32,000 nt of DNA from assembly GCA_038247115.1 (NCBI GenBank), contig JBBRVG010000029.1, positions 9,757 to 41,756 of the forward strand, in the 5' to 3' direction. Positions 28,266-32,000 of the stretch are shown here, in pieces (the first letter of the stretch is position 1; each line of letters starts with the position of its first letter). A program made the position numbers and the translations under genes. The notes beneath the pieces are model-generated. The model did no database searches. It saw nothing but the letters and a program-made list of their open reading frames with translations, and had not been told where the DNA came from. The DNA is from Enterobacterales bacterium. Its GTDB lineage: Bacteria; Pseudomonadota; Gammaproteobacteria; Enterobacterales; Aeromonadaceae.

Positions 28266-29030
28266 ATGTTCTGGTTAAAAAAATGGCTTGGTGGGCTATT
28301 AATGCCCTTACCCTTCACCCTGACCCTGATTGTGCTCGGTCTGTTGCTGCTATGGTTTACCCGCCGCCAACGGTTGGGCAAGGCACTCTGTACCCTGGGC
28401 ACCCTGCTGCTGATCCTGTTTTCACTGCGTCCGGTCAGCATGGAGTTGTTGCGGCCGCTGGAGCAGCAATACCCGCCCTTCCCCGCGAACCAGAGCGTCG
28501 ATTTTATCCTGGTGCTCGGTCATGGCCATGTCAGTGATCCGAGCGTGCCCTTGACCAGTCAACCCATCAGCAATGCCTATGCCCGCATTCTGGAAGCTAT
28601 CGATCTCAAGCGGCGTAATCCCCAAGCCAAACTGGTGCTATCCGGCAACATCAGCAGTGATCCTATCTCGTGCGCCGAGATGTATGCCCGGATTGCCGAG
28701 CACTACGGCATTCCTCGTCAGGAGATGATCCTGATTGAAGATGCCTACGATACCCATGACGAGATCAGTCGTTATCGAGCCATCATCGGCGACCATCCAG
28801 CCGCACTGGTGACCTCCGCCAGCCATATGCCCCGCGCCATGGGGCTCATGCGTCAAGCGGGTCTTCAGGTGATACCCGCGCCGACCGATTATATGGGGCG
28901 GCAAGCCCAGCGGCCCATCCCCTCCTATGGCTATCTGCCGGAGGGTCGTTACCTGATGTATTCCGAGACCGCACTGCACGAATGGATAGGCGCCATTTGG
29001 CATCAATTACGAAACCAGTCGAAAGAATGA
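28266..29030 (+). CDS. elyC: Envelope biogenesis factor ElyC (YcbC, DUF218)
   Basis: Start set at ATG 28266 (MFWLKKWLGGLLMPLPFTLTLIVLGLLLLWF), 254 aa. DUF218 features are VDFILVLGHG and LVTSASHMPRA. It is divergent from cmoM as in E. coli. The track start at 27813 is an antisense-of-cmoM artefact. Confidence 0.82.
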   Translation: MFWLKKWLGGLLMPLPFTLTLIVLGLLLLWFTRRQRLGKALCTLGTLLLILFSLRPVSMELLRPLEQQYPPFPANQSVDFILVLGHGHVSDPSVPLTSQPISNAYARILEAIDLKRRNPQAKLVLSGNISSDPISCAEMYARIAEHYGIPRQEMILIEDAYDTHDEISRYRAIIGDHPAALVTSASHMPRAMGLMRQAGLQVIPAPTDYMGRQAQRPIPSYGYLPEGRYLMYSETALHEWIGAIWHQLRNQSKE

Positions 29031-29127
29031 GCGATGTCCAACCCAAAAACTGATATGGATCAGTAATTAGGGTAAAATATTAGTCTGCGTGACCAAGCGC
29101 TGACTATTCGGGGCCGAGTTCACCTCA

Positions 29128-29133
29128 TATAAT
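29128..29133 (+). promoter_or_regulatory. Candidate -10 hexamer for tpiA
   Basis: A perfect TATAAT lies 36 nt upstream of the tpiA ATG, but no good -35 is found at 17 nt. An alternative pairing is CTGATA (29050-29055), 17 nt, TAAAAT (29073-29078). These are motif matches only. Confidence 0.35.
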
Positions 29134-29168
29134 GCCCCGCAGCAAATCACCATCTGGAGGATGAAAGA

Positions 29169-29924
29169 ATGAGACAACCATTGGTAATGGGTAACTGGAA
29201 GTTGAACGGCACCAAAGCATCTGTTGAAGCCCTGGTCAAGGCACTGGTCGAACCGGCTGCCAAAGCTGAAGGCGTTGAAGTTGCCGTCTGCCCGCCAGTT
29301 ATCTTCCTGGGCCTGGTTGAAAAGCTGACTGAAGGCACCCGCATTCAGTACGGTGCGCAAAACGCCGACGTACACACTGCTGGCGCATTCACCGGTGAAA
29401 ATTCTCCGGTCATGCTGAAGGAATTTGGTTGCAAGTACGCTCTGGTTGGCCACAGCGAACGTCGCACCCTGCACGCAGAAACCGATGCCGTAGTCGCTGC
29501 CAAGTACGAAGCCATTCAACAGAACGGTCTGGTACCTGTGCTGTGCATCGGTGAAACTCTGGCTCAGTTCGAAGCCAACGAAACCAAGGCTGTGGTTGAA
29601 ACCCAGCTGAAGGCTGTGATCGACCATTCCGGCATCGACTCTTTCGCCAATGCCGTCATCGCTTACGAGCCGGTATGGGCTATCGGCACTGGCAAGACTG
29701 CTACCCCGGAAATCGCACAATCCGTCCATGCTCACATCCGTGCTTATCTGGCCGGTTTCAGCGCTGACGTCGCCGCCAAAGTACAGATCCTGTACGGTGG
29801 TTCCGTGACTGGCGCCACTGCTGCTGAGCTGTTCGGTCAAGCCGATATCGACGGCGGCCTGGTGGGCGGTGCGTCCTTGAAGCCAGAAGACTTTGCCCAG
29901 ATCATCGCTGGCGCCAAGCAATAA
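29169..29924 (+). CDS. tpiA: Triosephosphate isomerase
   Basis: 251 aa with MRQPLVMGNWKLNG, active-site regions GHSERR and AYEPVWAIGTG, and YGGSV. RBS GGAGG upstream. Confidence 0.96.
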   Translation: MRQPLVMGNWKLNGTKASVEALVKALVEPAAKAEGVEVAVCPPVIFLGLVEKLTEGTRIQYGAQNADVHTAGAFTGENSPVMLKEFGCKYALVGHSERRTLHAETDAVVAAKYEAIQQNGLVPVLCIGETLAQFEANETKAVVETQLKAVIDHSGIDSFANAVIAYEPVWAIGTGKTATPEIAQSVHAHIRAYLAGFSADVAAKVQILYGGSVTGATAAELFGQADIDGGLVGGASLKPEDFAQIIAGAKQ

Positions 29925-29930
29925 AACATC

Positions 29931-29956
29931 ATGAGGGCGTCATCAGACGCCCTCAT
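29931..29956 (+). terminator. 11-bp perfect hairpin just 3' of tpiA (possible terminator, no adjacent U-tract on + strand)
   Basis: ATGAGGGCGTC-atca-GACGCCCTCAT begins 7 nt after the tpiA stop. On the + strand it is followed by AGTGTCC. The only U-rich run (GAUGUUUUAUU) is on the minus-strand side. Confidence 0.4.
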
Positions 29957-30123
29957 AGTGTCCGCATAGCCCTGTCGGGTACTTTCCCTCTGTGACGGAG
30001 GGGATGTGTGAAAGTACCGCCACTGCCAGCTCTGACTCGGCAGCCCATGGGTTCATCGCGAGACGCCGGGGCCAGCCAGCCCCACCAGTTTGTACAAGAA
30101 ACTTCGACTTATAGAGGCACACT

Positions 30124-31086
30124 ATGATCAAGAAAATTGGTGTTCTGACCAGCGGCGGTGACTCACCAGGTATGAATGCAGCCATTCGCGCTGTGGTTCG
30201 TGCCGGTCTGGCATCCGGTCTGGAGGTGTATGGTATCCGTGACGGTTACCTGGGCCTGCATCAGGATCGCATTACCAAACTGGAGCGCCATAGCGTTTCT
30301 GACGTGATCAACCGCGGCGGTACTTTTTTGGGCTCGGCTCGTTTCCCGGCCTTCAAAGAAGAATCTGTTCGTCGTGAAGCCATCGAAAACCTGAAGAAGC
30401 ACGGTATCGATGCGCTGGTGGTGGTGGGTGGTGACGGCTCCTACATGGGCGCCAAGAAGCTGACCGAAATGGGGTATCCCTGCATCGGCCTGCCGGGCAC
30501 CATCGACAACGATATCGCCGGTACCGAATTTACCATCGGCTTCGACACAGCACTGAACGTGGTGATGGAAGCGATTGACCGTCTGCGTGACACCTCTACC
30601 TCTCACAAGCGGATCTCGATTGTGGAAGTCATGGGTCGCCACTGTGGTGATTTGGCCATGTCGGCCGCCGTAGCCGGTGGCGCCGAGTTCGTGATCGTGC
30701 CGGAGAAGGGTTTCGACAAGAACGAACTGCTGGACCAGATCGACGATGGTATCGCCAAGGGCAAGCGTCACGCCATGATCACCATCTGTGAGCACGTCAC
30801 CGACGTGAATGCCCTGGCCAAGGAAATCGAAGCCCACACCGGCCTCGAAACCCGCGCCACCATTCTCGGCCACATCCAGCGTGGCGGTAGCCCGACTGCT
30901 CGTGATCGTATCATGGCCAGCCGCATGGGTGCCTACGCCGTTGAGCTGTTGCTTGAGGGTGTCGGCGGCCGCTGCATCGGTCTGCAAGAGAACAAGCTGG
31001 TGCACCACGACATCGTTGACTGCATCGAGAACATGAAGCGTCCATTCGACGAAGAGATGTTCCAGTTGAGCGACAAGCTGTTCTAA
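30124..31086 (+). CDS. pfkA: ATP-dependent 6-phosphofructokinase
   Basis: 320 aa with [35 protein letters not shown] and [17 protein letters not shown] upstream. Confidence 0.96.
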   Translation: MIKKIGVLTSGGDSPGMNAAIRAVVRAGLASGLEVYGIRDGYLGLHQDRITKLERHSVSDVINRGGTFLGSARFPAFKEESVRREAIENLKKHGIDALVVVGGDGSYMGAKKLTEMGYPCIGLPGTIDNDIAGTEFTIGFDTALNVVMEAIDRLRDTSTSHKRISIVEVMGRHCGDLAMSAAVAGGAEFVIVPEKGFDKNELLDQIDDGIAKGKRHAMITICEHVTDVNALAKEIEAHTGLETRATILGHIQRGGSPTARDRIMASRMGAYAVELLLEGVGGRCIGLQENKLVHHDIVDCIENMKRPFDEEMFQLSDKLF

Positions 31087-31112
31087 GACTGCATAGCAGT
31101 CAGCGACATGAA

Positions 31113-31143
31113 GAAGGAGGCAGTGATGCCTCCTTTTTATTTG
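31113..31143 (+). terminator. Intrinsic terminator of pfkA
   Basis: AAGGAGGCA-gtga-TGCCTCCTT followed by TTTATTT. On the minus strand the same stem is followed by a poorer CUUCAU, so it may also serve the convergent gene weakly. Confidence 0.85.
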
Positions 31144-31191
31144 ATGGTATATCCGGTCTCTTAGGGATCATACGGCTGCGTGAATGGGACA

Positions 31192-31578
31192 TTACGCCGG
31201 GATCAGACCCCGTTCGATAAACACAGCTTTTGCCGTCAGCATGCCATTGATAGCGGCAGGGAAACCAGCATAGACCGCCATCTGCAGGATCACTTCCGTG
31301 ACCTCCTCAGGCGAGCACCCCACATTCAAGGCACCATGCAGATGCACTGCCAGTTGCGGTTGTGCATGGCCTAAAGCCGTTAATGCTGCCACGGTTGCCA
31401 GCTCTCGGCTCTTCAGATCCAGACCCGGCCGCTGGTAGATATCACCAAATGGAAACTCGATGGTGTAGCGTGCCAGATCCGGCGCAATAGACTCCAGTGC
31501 CGCTATGACCTTGGCTCCTGCCTCACCGTCAATTTCATGCAGACGGCGCAAACCGGCTTCAAAACGTGTATTGCTCAT
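31192..31578 (-). CDS. Carboxymuconolactone decarboxylase (CMD/AhpD-like) family protein
   Basis: Start set at ATG 31578 with strong RBS AAGGAGAG 8 nt upstream, giving 128 aa. The CMD-family core reads [59 protein letters not shown]. Confidence 0.75.
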   Translation of the reverse strand: MSNTRFEAGLRRLHEIDGEAGAKVIAALESIAPDLARYTIEFPFGDIYQRPGLDLKSRELATVAALTALGHAQPQLAVHLHGALNVGCSPEEVTEVILQMAVYAGFPAAINGMLTAKAVFIERGLIPA

Positions 31579-31631
31579 GGGTTCACTCTCCTTGGGTTGC
31601 GAAGCCATGAGCCTACAACTTCGAGTGCACT

Positions 31632-32000
31632 CTAGATCAAGCGCTGTTTTGCCAACTCCTGCTGATAAAAAGCAATTTTTTCCTGCAAAGCTGCCAGATG
31701 AGCCTGCTGCTCGGCCAACTGTTGCTGCAAGGCGTCGGCATGTCGCTCCAGCAACTGTTGACGCGCCTCCAGCGTATCATTGCCCTGCTTGCGCAACTGA
31801 GCATAGTGCTGGATCTCTCGCAGCGGCATACCCGTCGCCTTGAGCTTCTTGATAAAGGCGACCCACAGCAGATCTTGTTTCTGGTAGATGCGATGTCCGG
31901 ATGCAGCCCGCTGGATTTGGTCCAGCAGGCCAATCTGTTCGTAATAACGCAGGGTGTGAACCGTCAGTCCGGTAAGTGTCGCAAACTCCTGAATGGTCAT
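31632..32000 (-). CDS. MerR-family transcriptional regulator
   Basis: 122 aa. The ATG sits exactly at the window edge (31998-32000). The N-terminal [29 protein letters not shown] is typical of a MerR N-terminus, so the CDS is probably complete. A C-terminal coiled coil is present. It lies immediately upstream of the CMD gene. Confidence 0.8.
   Translation of the reverse strand: MTIQEFATLTGLTVHTLRYYEQIGLLDQIQRAASGHRIYQKQDLLWVAFIKKLKATGMPLREIQHYAQLRKQGNDTLEARQQLLERHADALQQQLAEQQAHLAALQEKIAFYQQELAKQRLI

Noticed and set aside
29050-29063. Palindrome CTGATatggATCAG upstream of tpiA as a Cra/LacI-family operator
   Set aside because: The outer CTGA...TCAG arms and the 14-nt span resemble LacI/GalR-type sites. 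The central core (TATGGA) lacks the conserved AAnCGnTT centre, so it may simply be part of a -35-like element.
29067-29921. 284-aa minus-strand ORF opposite tpiA, and 281-aa ORF (30163-31008) opposite pfkA
   Set aside because: Both are exact reverse-complement frames of highly conserved glycolytic genes. They are artefacts of codon bias, not genes.
29943-30185. 80-aa minus-strand ORF spanning the tpiA-pfkA spacer and the pfkA start
   Set aside because: It starts inside the pfkA coding sequence, has no RBS, and runs through hairpin-forming sequence. The composition looks non-coding.

Overview
This 32-kb window looks like core chromosome from a MukBEF-bearing gammaproteobacterium, with gene order resembling Enterobacterales, Aeromonadales or Vibrionales. 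It is densely packed with recognisable housekeeping genes. In order these are sapD(partial)-sapF, then gsk, hemH and adk on the minus strand. A two-gene insert follows (periplasmic solute-binding protein plus sensor diguanylate cyclase), then htpG, recR-ybaB-dnaX-apt, and a general porin. After that come dinG, a yccT-like gene plus an NhaD-like transporter, a cytochrome b561-like gene, mukB-mukE-mukF-cmoM, elyC, tpiA, pfkA, and a MerR regulator with a carboxymuconolactone-decarboxylase-family gene. I saw no rRNA or tRNA genes, CRISPR arrays, transposases, integrases or recognisable defence or toxin-antitoxin modules. Several intrinsic terminators, a near-consensus sigma32 promoter for htpG and a plausible sigma70 promoter for dinG can be read directly. 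The best candidate for something undescribed is the orphan binding protein translationally coupled to a Cache-HAMP-GAF-GGDEF membrane cyclase. It is wedged into the otherwise conserved htpG-adk junction and is visibly lower in GC than its flanks. Secondary curiosities are a much expanded Pro/Ala-rich linker in DnaX with a weak candidate frameshift site, terminator hairpins placed directly against the RBS of hemH and recR, a palindrome overlapping the htpG -35, and a hairpin-rich tpiA-pfkA spacer. Many very long antisense ORFs in the track are codon-usage artefacts. All calls rest on reading the sequence and remembering protein families; no searches were run.
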